Part shown: positions 37,977 through 61,920 of the stretch, in pieces
Layout of the letters: every line of letters begins with the position of its first letter
Numbering within the stretch: position 1 is the stretch's first letter
Assembly (NCBI GenBank): GCA_044892525.1
Contig: CM097885.1
Location: 41,790,001-41,854,000 of the forward strand
Reading direction: 5' to 3'
Length of the DNA stretch: 64,000 nt
Source: Schmidtea polychroa
Lineage: Eukaryota
Program-made: the position numbers and the translations under genes
The notes under the pieces: model-generated
Databases searched by the model: none
Seen by the model: the letters and a program-made list of their open reading frames with translations, nothing else
Told to the model about the DNA's origin: nothing

Positions 37977-40900
37977 CAGAAAATTTGATCGGATATCCTC
38001 AAGGGACAGAAAAGTGGGAGAATGTTGGAAGGGTAAGCGAGAAAGTATACAGTTTCCTAAAGAGAGAAATGTTTGAAGAGGAAGTGGAAAGAATTGGAAC
38101 AATTGAAACGGAGCAGGTTGTTGAAATTTTGTATAACAGAATGCAAGGAAGGCCTAGTATAACAGTAAGGATGAATGGGGAAAATTACGACTGTTTATTA
38201 GACACTGGTGCAAGAATCAATGTAATGAGTGTGAACTGTTTTAACAAGCTACGAGGACAACAATTGAAGAAAAGTGACGATAAGTTACGATGCGCAAACG
38301 AGAGTACGATCGAGACAATAGGAAAAACGAAGGTGCAAGTAACCATTGGAAATGTTTCGAAGGAAGTTATATTCATTGTGGCGGAGAAAGTGACACCAGA
38401 TGTGATTGGAGGAATCGAATTACAAGAAACATTTGGATTTAGACTGTTAAAAATTAAAGATATCGAGGCTAGTGAAAAAGACAAGAACTATATTTGTAAC
38501 ATTGAAGCAAAATTTGGCAGAAAAATAAAGGATGAAGAACGATTGATACGAGCGTTGGAACAGTTAAAGATCAATGAAGATAGCAAATTAAAGGAAATTA
38601 TAACAAACAGTGGAAACGTGTTTATGGCAGATAAATGGGATGTGGGTCGCACACATTTGGTAAAACACAAGATAGTTACAAGAGGTGAGCCGATAAACAT
38701 TAAACCATATCGCCAACCACTAAATTTGGAATCAAAGATTGAAGAAGCAATACAAAATTTGTACGAAATTGGAATTATACGGAAATGTAACTCTCCATGG
38801 AATACACCGCTAATATGTGTATGGAAAAAAGAGAAAAAGGATATTAGACTATGCTTGGACTTTAGACAGCTGAACGCGGTAACAGAGAGGCAGGCATTTC
38901 CAATGCCAAACATAGACGAGATGTTGGATTTGTTAGGAGGGTCCGTCTTTTTCAGCTCAATCGATCTAGGTAATGCATATTACCAAGTGGAACTAGAAGA
39001 AGAATCACAGGAGAAAACAGCTTTCTCAACAAAGAACGGACAATATTGTTTCAACAGAATGCCGTTTGGAATTGCAGCAGCACCAGGTAGGTTCCAAGAA
39101 ATGATGACAAAAGTATTAGGCAAAATAAAGGGAGCAATGGTGTATTTGGACGACATCTTGATTTATTCAAGCAATAAAGAGAAACACTATACAATACTCG
39201 GAGAAGTGTTAAAGGCGATTGAGGAAGCAGGCCTAAGGATTAATCCAGAAAAATGCCAAATAATAAAGGAAGAAATCAGATTCTTAGGACACATAATCAG
39301 CAAGGAAGGAGTACAGACAGATCCATCTAAAATTCAGGCCATACAGAACTTTGGGAAGCCTAATTGCGTAAAGAAACTCCGAAGCTTTTTAGGTATTTGC
39401 AATTATTATAGAAGATTCATCAGTGATTATGCAAAGAAGGCAAGGATGTTAGAACAATTATGTAGCGGACCAAGTAACAAAAAATTAGAATGGAGTGAAG
39501 GAACGAATAGCGTGTTTGAGGGATTGAAATTAGCACTCACGACGGCGCCAATCTTATGTTTTCAGGATCTGAAAAAGGAGTTCATTTTAGATACCGACGC
39601 TAGTTTCGATACCATTGGAGCAGTACTTTCACAAAGAGATAAAGATGGAAAGGAAAGAGTAATTGCGTATGGATCACACTCGATGACGAGCCACGAGAAA
39701 GGATATTGTATTACAAGAAAGGAACTATTGGCGGTATATCATTTTTGCATTCATTTTAAGTACTATCTCTACGGAATAAGATTCACGCTCAGGACAGACC
39801 ACAAGGCAATCACGTTTATGATGACCACCAAGAAGCCGATTACTTCACAATTCCAAACATGGATCAATTATTTGAGCAGTTTAGATATAAGAGTAGAATA
39901 CAGAAAGGGTATTAATCACCAAAATGCAGACATGGTGTCGAGAACTAAATGTGACACGTGTGTTCAATGTCAAATGGCCCACGAAGAAGCTAAGAAAGGA
40001 AAGATAAAAACAAGATTACTAGACTCGATCAGAGAAGAGGGAAGAAGCAACATCCAACATGGAATTGTAGAAGAAGTACGAAAGAAAACGATGATACCTG
40101 AAAATGAGTTACAAGAAACAATAAAGGAAATACATCGACTATTGTGTCATGCTGGAGTCGAGAAGATAGCCGATTATATGAAAGATAGATATGTTGGAAA
40201 ATACCTGTGGAGTCAGATTCAGGAAATTGTTCGAAGTTGTGAGATTTGTCAAAAAACCAAGGATTTAACAATAACAACGAAAGAACCAGTAAAAAAGCAA
40301 GATTCGAAGGAAATGTTCGAAATTATATTCGTGGATATATGTGGACCGTTGACAGAAACAAAAGGACGTAAGAAGTATATATTGGGCATAATAGATCAGT
40401 ATAGTAAGTATCAAGTCTTGACAGCGATAACAAAACAAGACGAAGAAACAATAAAGAAAACGATTTTAGAAAAGTGGATTTTAAGATTTGGATGCCCAAA
40501 GGAGATAAGAGTTGATTGCGGAAAGGCGTTTGAATCAGGAATGATGAGAGAATTCACAAAGATGATCGATATTAAATTATGTTTTTCGAGTCCATACCAT
40601 CACCAAACAAACGGTCAGATAGAAAGACAATTCAGGACAATACGGGATTTGATAAATGCTACTTTACAGGATAGAAAGAAGACGAATTGGGCAGAGATAT
40701 TACCAGAAGTCGAATTCACTTTAAATGCAACCAAACAAAAAACGACAGGGAAAAGCCCGCAGAGATAGTTTTTGGAAAAAAGATTAGCAGGGAAAAATGG
40801 TACGGGTCCAAAGAAATACCGATAAAGGAAGAACTAGAAGAACAAACAAGGAGAAAATTCAATGTAGGAGAAGAAGTATTAGTAAAAGTAGAAACACGTC

Positions 40901-41043
40901 ACAAAGGCCAGGACCGGTATGAAGGTCCGTACAAAGTGATAGAGAAAGTGCATGACAGACGATACATCTTAAGAAATGAAGATGGAAAAAGGATCGAAAG
41001 AAATGTGGAAAAACTTAAAAATTTCTTAAGAAGGGGGATATGA
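37925..41043 (+). CDS. pol: Pol (protease, RT, RNase H, integrase) in the -1 frame relative to gag; 1-nt frameshift at about 40760
   Basis: Motifs LLDTGA, RLCLDFRQLN, MPFG, YLDD, DTDAS, RTDH, H-x4-H...CEIC, VDICGP/VDCG/IERQF. The terminal part (RYEGPY) continues in ORF 40687-41043 and stops inside the 3' LTR. Confidence 0.92.
41028..41038 (+). promoter_or_regulatory. polypurine tract
   Basis: AAGAAGGGGGA immediately before the 3' LTR. Confidence 0.85.
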
Positions 41044-42454
41044 GGAAGTTTTATGATGAAGAAATTTTTAAATTGAAAATTTTAAAAATTAAATTTTAGA
41101 TTAATTTTTAAAAAAGAAATAAGAAGATATTTTAATTAAAAATATCTTCGTAGAAAATTTGTTTAAATAAGAAAGTTTAAAGAAGATATAATTTGATACT
41201 GATATTTACTGAAATAAAATTTATGGAAACAAAAACTGATTTTAATGTTTTACAGGATGAACCTCCTAATATACACCATATCAAATACTGGACGATATTT
41301 ACTTTCTACTAAAACATTTTACTGCACTGCGAACAAAACATATTCTACATCATTAAACATTTTCCAAAATATATAATTTTTAAACAAAGCATAAACATAA
41401 AGAAATTAAGTTATTTTCATTTTGGGAAGCGTTACCAAATTGAAGAGAGGATATTAAATTTTATTGTGAATTGATTTAAATATTTATTGTGATATAAATA
41501 TTTATAGATAAGGTTTCAATATCCTTAACTCTTTTTATTTGATTACAGGATTAAAAATTCAATTACCCTATGTTCGTGTCTATAATCTGGACTCGTGGAT
41601 AAGCCGAATGTACTATAAATAATAGGAAGGAGGTCAGTGGTGTCACTCGGACCTATTGAGAGGGGAGCGTGTGTAGATATTGACGTTTCTCTCACTCCCC
41701 GCATAGCACGGTTGAAGTGACTGAAGCCTCGCCGAGTTAACCCGTGCGTGGGCGGCTAAATAAACATTTATTACTAGTTACGCGGCGTTGTTAAATTATT
41801 AAATTCACCTGTCACACAACCCAATATCTTACAGTCTTTTAGTTTTTATATTTAAAGTCATTTAAATTGTGATACCATAGGCATGTCCAATTATTAGTTG
41901 ACAGAGGGAGAGTCATCCAAAATTTCGAGCTCACAAAGTACTATAGAACAGGAAGAGAGAGAACAGGAAATATATACGCAGAGTGCAGATGAAGAAAAAA
42001 TGGCAGATTCAATTCAATCCCAGTATCAAATCTATCCAAGTCAAGATCATCATAATAAACAATTTATTTGTATATAGTGATAGACAATTAACTCGTTTTT
42101 AATTTGTATATAATGTGTGATCATAATGAACAATTAACTCGTTCTGTTGTGGGGTATTTATTTTATGGTTATATTATTCATGTCTTTATACTATTTTATT
42201 GATGAACAATTATAAATACTTTATTTATTGGTGGCCTATTTATTATTTTGCTCATGTATTTATGTTTGAGACTTAATTGATTTTAATTGTGATCTATGTA
42301 TTCATGTTTCGGTGCACACTTAGTTATTTTATAAACGAAATATATATTTTAAAAGGGAAAATTTCTTTTAAAGTAAATAAGACTAAATTTATTAGAAATT
42401 ATTAAAATAAAAACCACCTTAATAGCCAGTAACCTATAAAATAACAATCTAAGT

Positions 42455-43703
42455 CAGTGGTTCTTAACCTGGAGTCCATGGACCCCCAGGGGGTTCGCGA
42501 ACGGGTTCCAAGTGGTCCACGGCACTATTTACAAAAAACCTTTATTATTTTTGTTTGCAGCTGAATAAACAGATTTATAAATAATTATTAAAAAATGTAT
42601 GTGTTTTACTATCAATTTATTAATTTTTTAACATTTCAGGGGTCCGCCGGTACCAATTATATATTTGTTGGGTTATTGAATTGGTGATAAAATTTAATGT
42701 TACTCTGACTCCAAGCGTGTCTTTATATAATTCACAAATAACACTTGACAACAGAAATCTTTATTGATAATCACGAATAAACTTTCACTTGACATTGACG
42801 ATAAATTCAACACTCCATTTGGTGACTATACAATGCTTATTACAACACTCGGTGAGGAATAGCACTTGTGTATAACACAGGATTAAAAGATCACAAATTA
42901 CTGATTGGTTTATCAACTGGGATTTTGAGCTGGTTGTTTTCTTTGACTTTCTTTCAAACTTTATTCAAATAATCAATAACTTCTTTTCGTTTTGTTATTC
43001 AGCTAATTCTCCTCTTCAACTCTTCTCCAATAATTATTTTCCACAATTATTTCCTTTACAATTATTTTGACAATCGTTTGTCCAACAAAGTTTCGTCCAA
43101 CGTTTAATTTTCCTCAATAATTCTATTTCTCAAATCGTTTCTCAAATTGTATCTCAAATCGTCTTCCAAATCGTCTCTCAAATCGTTTCTCCCTTTGTTC
43201 TCTTTTGACGTTCACCAGTTTTCCCTTATATAGTTCGCTTCTCTTGTGGCACTCCAGATACTCAAGTGTTTTTCCACTTTCTATCTCCTGCTTTCCCCGA
43301 CTGTCCCATTTTTATCTCTGACAGCCGTCAAGTTGTTTTTCCATTTTTCCTTTCTTGTTTGGTCGCCTTCTCCCATCAATTCTATTATCACTCGCAAGCT
43401 GTCGAGATAAGGATATTGTTGTTTTCCTTTTTCCCTGATTTCAAAATTCCTTTTCCTTTTTGTACTAATTAATTAGTACTGACCTTGATTTTTATTTTCC
43501 TCTTAGATAACTTTTATTTCCTTTCTCTTTCTCATTTTTGATTTCTTTTCACTTCCGTTTTCTTTTCTGAGTCTCTATAGATCGTCCCGTTTGTCATGGC
43601 GATCTTCCCCCAGGTAATTTTATTTATTTCTTTATGAATTATTATTTAGGTATCCTCAACATATTTATGGGGTCCATAAGTTTGAAAAGGTTAAGAACCC
43701 CTG
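42455..43703. mobile_element. hAT MITE (about 250 bp) interrupted by a solo LTR
   Basis: TIRs CAGTGGTTCTTAACCT / AGGTTAAGAACCCCTG (15 of 16); perfect 8-bp TSD ATCTAAGT. Confidence 0.92.
42666..43661 (-). mobile_element. solo LTR (996 bp), same family as 30242-31190
   Basis: TGTTGGG...CCTCAACA; 4-bp TSD TATT; aligns along its length with 30242-31190. Confidence 0.92.
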
Positions 43704-44196
43704 ATCTAAGTGAACAAAGAAAATAACTTAAAATAATAAAATAAATCTTGTAGATAACAATAATTTCTAATAATAATAACAATAATGGTAAAATAAAAAA
43801 ATTTAAAACAATTTTTATAAGTAAATATATGTTTATTTTATACACTTAAAAAAATAATAATTTAATTTTTAACAGTAGTAAATAAGTATAAATAGCGGCC
43901 AAAATATCATTCTCTTCACACAAAATTTTTTACCACTTATTCAATAAACTAAAAAGGTAAAATCCTTATTAGTTTTTAAAATAGAACATGACACGACTGA
44001 AACGTTCGAAAGTAGCACGCAACATAACATACAACACGCATCATCCTTTTTCAGTAAAATCATCTTTTAAAGGAATTTGTATTGGTAAATATTTTGTTTT
44101 AATAAATATTTTACTAACCCGACTATTTTTTCATATTTAATAGACCTATAGTCACCAGTGCAATATTTGGAATCTCAAATAGTGAGACCTCAACAC

Positions 44197-44279
<83 letters not shown>

Positions 44280-44714
44280 TATATATAGAATATAAAATAT
44301 AAAAATATGGGCTGGATGGTCAATAGTTACCATTCATTCACTAAGCCTGAATCAATTAAAGGAGCCTCTTATGCTGAAGTATGTCAATGGATCTACGAAT
44401 GATGATGTGAATCTGATGAGAAATTTGATGGATGTAATTAATAAAAATTAATTTTTAAAAATGTATAACATTTTTTAAAAAATTGATTTTGTGTACAAGC
44501 CGATATTCTATTTTTTCTTTTTGACAACTTTTTACCTTCGATAAGCTGCGGCGTATAGACAAAATCTTATGGTACTAATTTTTACTATTGAAACATTAAT
44601 AAATCCCATAAATTGCTAATATTTAATTTACTAGTAATCGTTTTTATATAATGATTTAATTTTATCTGAATTGTTTGATTTTAATACATTTTATAAACAT
44701 TATACAAATTAGGA

Positions 44715-45134
44715 ATGAATAATGATAATGATAATTATGTTATACTAAAACAAGAATATAAAGCCATTTACCCTATGAAACGGTATTATAGTTACAACAG
44801 GCCTCCCGCTTATAAGAAAACCTTTGAAAAATACATTGCCACCAGAAAGTCCAACTATTTTGACTATGAATTTATGGTACGAGTGTTCAACCGATGTAAT
44901 CTGTTCATTCCTCCAGAATTAACCGAGAATACTTTGAAAGACCAACTTAATCACAAACGTCTAGGTAAGTTATGGGAAGCCCAATTAAATTTAGAACAAT
45001 TCGACTTTTTCCTTGTTGAGGTTTTATCGAAACTATTCGCAAAATCCAAAAGAATTTGTCATCAGCAAGCATACGATGAAATGGTGCAAAGTCTTATTGA
45101 CCATGAACCAAAAGATAATTTGGAGAAAATATGA
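44715..45134 (+). CDS. intronless 139-aa protein of unknown function, possibly p25-alpha/TPPP-like
   Basis: ATG-to-stop ORF with natural amino-acid composition in otherwise ORF-poor DNA. The pattern F..Y...F.RC.L ... [18 protein letters not shown]...AYDEMVQSL resembles the TPPP motif ITFEQF..AL.ELA..F...EA..EV..L. Confidence 0.55.
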   Translation: MNNDNDNYVILKQEYKAIYPMKRYYSYNRPPAYKKTFEKYIATRKSNYFDYEFMVRVFNRCNLFIPPELTENTLKDQLNHKRLGKLWEAQLNLEQFDFFLVEVLSKLFAKSKRICHQQAYDEMVQSLIDHEPKDNLEKI

Positions 45135-45141
45135 TCTTTCA

Positions 45142-45369
<228 letters not shown>

Positions 45370-48300
45370 AAACAAAACTGCAGCTTCAATGTTTTGTATT
45401 TATTTTTATTTATGTTAGGACATTGGAACTTGCAGAAGTTGTAATTAATTTCAATCTTCAATTAAAGACATTTTCTGTATTCAAAAAATATAAATTCTAA
45501 TGAAATTGATATTTACGTATATTACAAAAGAAATAATGATACCTTATAAAAATTTTAAATGTACAGAAAAAAATTTTAAAACTTATGTTATTTAACTTTT
45601 GACCACGATAACCTTTGAGCCTTGTGAAATCTCGTACCTTATGATCCAATGTGTCCTTCGTGATTGAGATAATTTTTTAGATGAAGTTTGAACGAAAAAT
45701 AAGATGAAAATTCCTACGAATTCCTGAGTTTCCACGACGAAGAGTGGCGACGGGACCTGGCGGAACTACAGCAACGCAGCGTCGCAACACTCAGTTCGAT
45801 CGCGTGGGCCTACGAGCAACCGCCCACGAAAACGACAGACCAGATACGATTTCAGATGCTGATATTACATTTGTAGTGAACAGAATTATTATTAATAATG
45901 AATTGTAGCTAATAGAAGTTTTAGTAATAGTTTTTGGTTCGTTGGTGTGTTGACTGTATGTTGAGGTGTATGACTGAGTATGAGAAGGGTGTGAACTAGT
46001 GAGGCCTTGTGTGACTGGGGTATGATGATGTCAGGCACAGAAATCCTAATGAAACAGGACTTTGCGGAGCACTAATGAACATCCCGACTTCGACACGGTT
46101 AAGATCGGTTTAGATAAAATAGGAAAGAGCGTCAGATTAAGGTGCTGTCAGTGATGGGAACGATAGGAACGAATGAGTGATCAGGAATTTGACTTAATAA
46201 TTTGAATTTGAATTAATAAAGAGACAGGTGTATACCGTTATAAAGTTTTTGATTTCTCTTTCAGTGATTCAATTAATTTAGAATTTGCGATCCAATAAGG
46301 AAATCGCCTTGAAACAAATATCAGACCAAAATAGACTCATAAAATTCAAAGAACGGTGCAGGGAGATTGAGAGCACCTGGTTTATTCCAATTGAAATGTA
46401 GAAACGCCTGAAGCTAATCCAGCAACTGCAGCTCCAAAGCACTCAGGACCAGGTCGAGATTAGAGCGCTCAAGCCCCAAGGCCGTCAGCTTGAGACACAA
46501 GTAAATCAGACCATCGTTGATAAGGAACTGACTAAACAAATTCGGCCAGTGACAACCGAAATGATGGACATTTCCAAACTGCGACCCTTGATCCAAAATA
46601 AAATACCCTGGAAAAGCCGAACGAAATATTTTAGGGTTGCTTATAAATTTGGCATCGAATTTTCCCTAAATGCCTTCATGATTATTTTATTTTTTATCAT
46701 TCATGTACCCTTGGTAACAACCATTGTGGTAATGTACTCAGTGGCTAAAAATCAACGAGCCGGTAAGCTCCACTACTAGAACTAGTCCTCATTGCTTTTT
46801 CATTTTCGGGTTCAGGACTGCCGATAGAAGGTCTTATGTTACTTTTCATTGTCTATCCCTTTCTTAAATTATTGTTCCTCCTTGTTCTACTTCTACTGTT
46901 TACTTCAAAGATGGCACTTGTAGTACTACCTATACATAATCCACCGATTATTTATTACAATATTGTAATGTATAGTTATATTTTATTTTTTTAACAAGGC
47001 TTTGTATCGTTTTGTTATTTCGTTTGGCGCGTGTCGCGTTTTAAAAAGATTAAAAGAAACTATATAGCGATAATTTACTATGGTAAATTATCGCTATACA
47101 AAAAATTGATTTCAAATAAAATTTCAATTACGAAAATAAATGATAATTAGAAAAAGTTAACAAGTTCAATACCAAGAAACAACTAGTTATAAAGTTAGAA
47201 TTTATTTGATACACAAATTACTGAAATCCTGCAAATCCTTGTCCAATCAATATCAATACTTGTACGGACAATTCCTTCAAACTAGTTCTATTATTAGAAA
47301 CGAATAAACATTTATCCACTGTCTAGTTTCCGAAAACCGATTAACATTTATTCATTGTCTATTCTCCAGAGATTTTGCAGTTGAAACACAAAGTATTTTT
47401 TTTAATTTTTATGTTAATAAAAGTTTAAATATTGTCATTACAATTATACTTTAATCGTCGATTTTACATACAAACCCCCCAGCTGTCCCGAGACAGTTTA
47501 TTTACTGGTGACTCGGCTGGGTACTACAATTCTCTACATTAACATTGTAATAACACACAATTCCTATTTTACTTAAATAGAAACTACAACATATCCCCAC
47601 TGTTTAACATAAATAGAACTTAACATGTATCGGAATTTTAGGACCTGCCAATTTTTACATAAATACATCACTAATAATCATAAAAAGGTTTATGAATAAT
47701 TATGAAGAAGAACAAAATAATATTTAATTCATAAGAATTTAATAGTTAAATAATATTACAATCATTTACATAATTATACAACATAACATAAAAAATATAA
47801 AATTTGCCAGTTTCAAAATGTGAAGAAATGATCCAAACAATGATTTTACTGAAGTTAGAAGTTAAAAATAAAAATAGTCGATCGATATAGCTTATAACAA
47901 GTCAATAATGTTACAACGTGGGTTGACTGATTGAAGAATAATTGATGAAAGTGATTATTCGTAAGCAAAAAATGTTTCGATAAAATAAGCTAAGATTCGC
48001 AAGGCAAATACAATGTTTAGAAAAATCAGAGTAGTTAATTGTTGAAAATTTAAAGAATAATCAGTTAAACACACGGTTTAGTAAACAGATTTCTAGCAAA
48101 GAAATAAATGATAAAAAGTGGTAAAGCGTCCGCTAAGACTGCCCTTTATATAGTTTTTCTAACATTGAGTTCGACCGATCAGGGTCGATCATGTGTGTTT
48201 TTGATCGTGATTTATTTTTATATATATATATTTGATTTCAAATTCCAATCATTTGATTGATTCATTTCTTTACTTTATTTTGATTTACTGTTTTTAATTT

Positions 48301-48858
48301 CTTTTCTTTCTTTTTATTCCTGATTGATCGAATGATCGCATTTACATACCATTCTTATCCTATGGATAAAGTCATATTTTATGCTGTTGTGTGTCATATG
48401 CGGAATATAAATGTTAACTTTACAAGAATGTCTTTTACTTACGCTTACGCACGATTCAAGTTTACTTTCCTGCCTCATCACACAACACTCTCCACACTGT
48501 AACATAGAAGCGTGAATTATTCATATGATTTGTGATTTAGAAAGAATATACAATATTTATTATTATGAACAATCGGAGAATTGAATAAGTATATTAATAG
48601 AAGTTTTGTAAATAAAAATTTCAATTAATACAGAAAAAATATAATTTACATTATGAACAATTAAAATTAATTTTCAATTTCACATTACTTTAGTTTAAAT
48701 AATGCATTTTGTAAATATATAAATTTTGAATTAAAATTATTATTCAAATAATTCATTAATTTGTCAAATTAATATTAATTATACACTTTTATTTAAAATT
48801 TAAATTGGTTTTATGATTTGAAATCATTATTTTCTTTCTTTAGAAATAATAAAACTAA

Positions 48859-60025
<11,167 letters not shown>

Positions 60026-60582
60026 ATCACTTTATCAACTTATTTTGATATTTGTATTTGAAAAACTTTTGATTATAATTATTGATCTGTTATTGTTGTT
60101 TTGTATTTGTTTTCACTCCAAGATAAATTGTTGATAATTTTATCTTTTATTTCTTACATTTTGTAATAGTGTCGAAGTATCAAATGACATTTGTATATTC
60201 ATTGATAAAATGTATTCAAAAAATAATTTTTCTGAAACCAAAATATATTTTTTAAACTTTTTATAAAATTGATGGAATCAATAAAAATTAAATTTGGCAT
60301 TTTCATGCCGCTTGAAACTGTTGATGTTATTTTATATTATGCAAATGTGTTGTGAAAGGAAATGAAAACTGGTGGCAAAGATCAACTAAAGACAGATTAG
60401 ATCCTGGTGAAACATTTAAATGATAGATGTTCGTTAAATATACCTTAGGGAAATTTGACTGAGTTTCCGGTGCAATGATTTTGTCTTTATTTGGAAATGC
60501 AATCAAATATAATATTTTGTTTGTTATTGTTAATATTACAATTATTTACTCAAATAAACGTGGTAAAGATTTTATTAATAAA

Positions 60583-61484
60583 AATTGCCATTCGTACATC
60601 TTTTTCACTATATATTTCGATAGCATCACTATCATCATCAGTTTACCTACATTCACGACGGATGAATATATATACTATATTGATAATATATAAACAAATT
60701 ATAAAATATATAAATTTTAAATTATAAATAAAAATTTTTAATAATCATTCTTTTTAAAAACAATTTTAAATAATCAATTATATTTAAACTTTTAAAATTA
60801 TTAAAAATATTATTTTAATTATTTTTTTAAAATTATTTAACATAACTATTATTAATATACATCAACATACAAAAACTTAATTAAAAACATTCAACACACA
60901 AGTATTCACTGCATTCTGCACATTGATTTTAGGATTAAAAGTTCTTATCAATAATGCTTCACATATCACACGCTCAAAACGATTATCAAAATTTTTTGAT
61001 AAGATTTTAAAATCATACAGACTTCTCTCAGACAGACTTTATGTGATCCTTAATATTAGACACTCCCTTCGGTCGACAGTGTTCTTGAACTCGAGTACAG
61101 AGATGACGGGAAGTCTCTCCAATGTATGTGGCATTACACCCATTATATGTGAATTGATAAAAGAGATCCGAACACAATCCAACCGGCGTTTGAGATTTAC
61201 TAACAAACATACTACGTACTTTGCACGATTTTGAAACAATTCTATAATTCAATGTACCCAACTGTTTACAAATCTTTCTTTTGAAATATTTATATCCTTC
61301 AGAATACGGCAATACCATCGTATATTTTGGCTCATCTTGTTTGTTAGTTTCAATGTTCATATTCACTACATCATTCGACATATCAGTCAATTTCAATTCA
61401 TTCATACCGTCGTGAATGTAGGTAACCTGATGATGATAGTGATGCTATCGAAATATATAGTGAAAAGATGTACGAATGGCGATT
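60583..61484 (-). mobile_element. 5'-truncated Penelope-like element: GIY-YIG endonuclease fragment flanked by inverted ~85-bp pseudo-LTR segments
   Basis: ORF 61028-61405 contains LPYSEG...YQFTYNGCNATYIGETSRHLCTRVQEH, and EALLIRTFNPKIN follows in another frame. 60583-60667 and 61400-61484 are inverted copies. Confidence 0.87.
60600..60650 (-). ncRNA. minimal hammerhead-ribozyme-like motif (inverted second copy at about 61418-61465 on the plus strand)
   Basis: CUGAUGA-U-GAUAG-UGAUG-CUAUC-GAAA-UAUAUA: conserved core boxes, 5-bp stem II and a palindromic stem III. Stem I is weak. Confidence 0.6.
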
Positions 61485-61920
61485 ACAATTATTTGTTGCG
61501 AATTTTGATTACAAGTTTGGATAAATGTTATATATATCCCGATGAGCCGGTAACAATTTTGGGGTCCATGCGACAGCAGATATTCACTAGGTTTTTTATA
61601 TCATTATCTACATTACAAAAATTCAAAACTGAATACTGATATATGTTTATAATCGTACCGACGGATCTATGATCTACATTCATAATATGAGCCAATAGAC
61701 TATGATCATTATAGCCGAACGGTTCGGTTCGACTATAATGTGACCCCATCAGCAATTTCTGGTTTGTAGAAAAATATATGGAAATATTCTCAAATACTTA
61801 TGAATTGATATTAATTTTTTCAAATCTATCGTTTACGTTCTTAATTTCTATATATTGAATTATTGAAATAAGTTTAATAACACATACTTTGGCCTTATTG
61901 ATTTTATTTATGGTTTAGAC

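Larger units (their letters stand above)
36702..41271 (+). mobile_element. full-length compact Ty3/Gypsy LTR retrotransposon (4570 bp) with TA...TA termini
   Basis: LTRs at 36702-36929 and 41039-41271 differ by 1 substitution and 3 small indels. 5-bp TSD TACAC (36697-36701, 41272-41276). PBS and PPT present. Confidence 0.95.

Noticed and set aside
22027..40277. Many short antisense or alternate-frame ORFs overlapping pol genes, transposases and LTRs
   Set aside because: Shadows of the real coding strand or of LTR purine skew; no independent motifs.
47546..48503. Possible further solo LTR (strand skew, TATA-like CCCTTTATATAG, ends TGTAACA)
   Set aside because: Boundaries and TSD could not be fixed.
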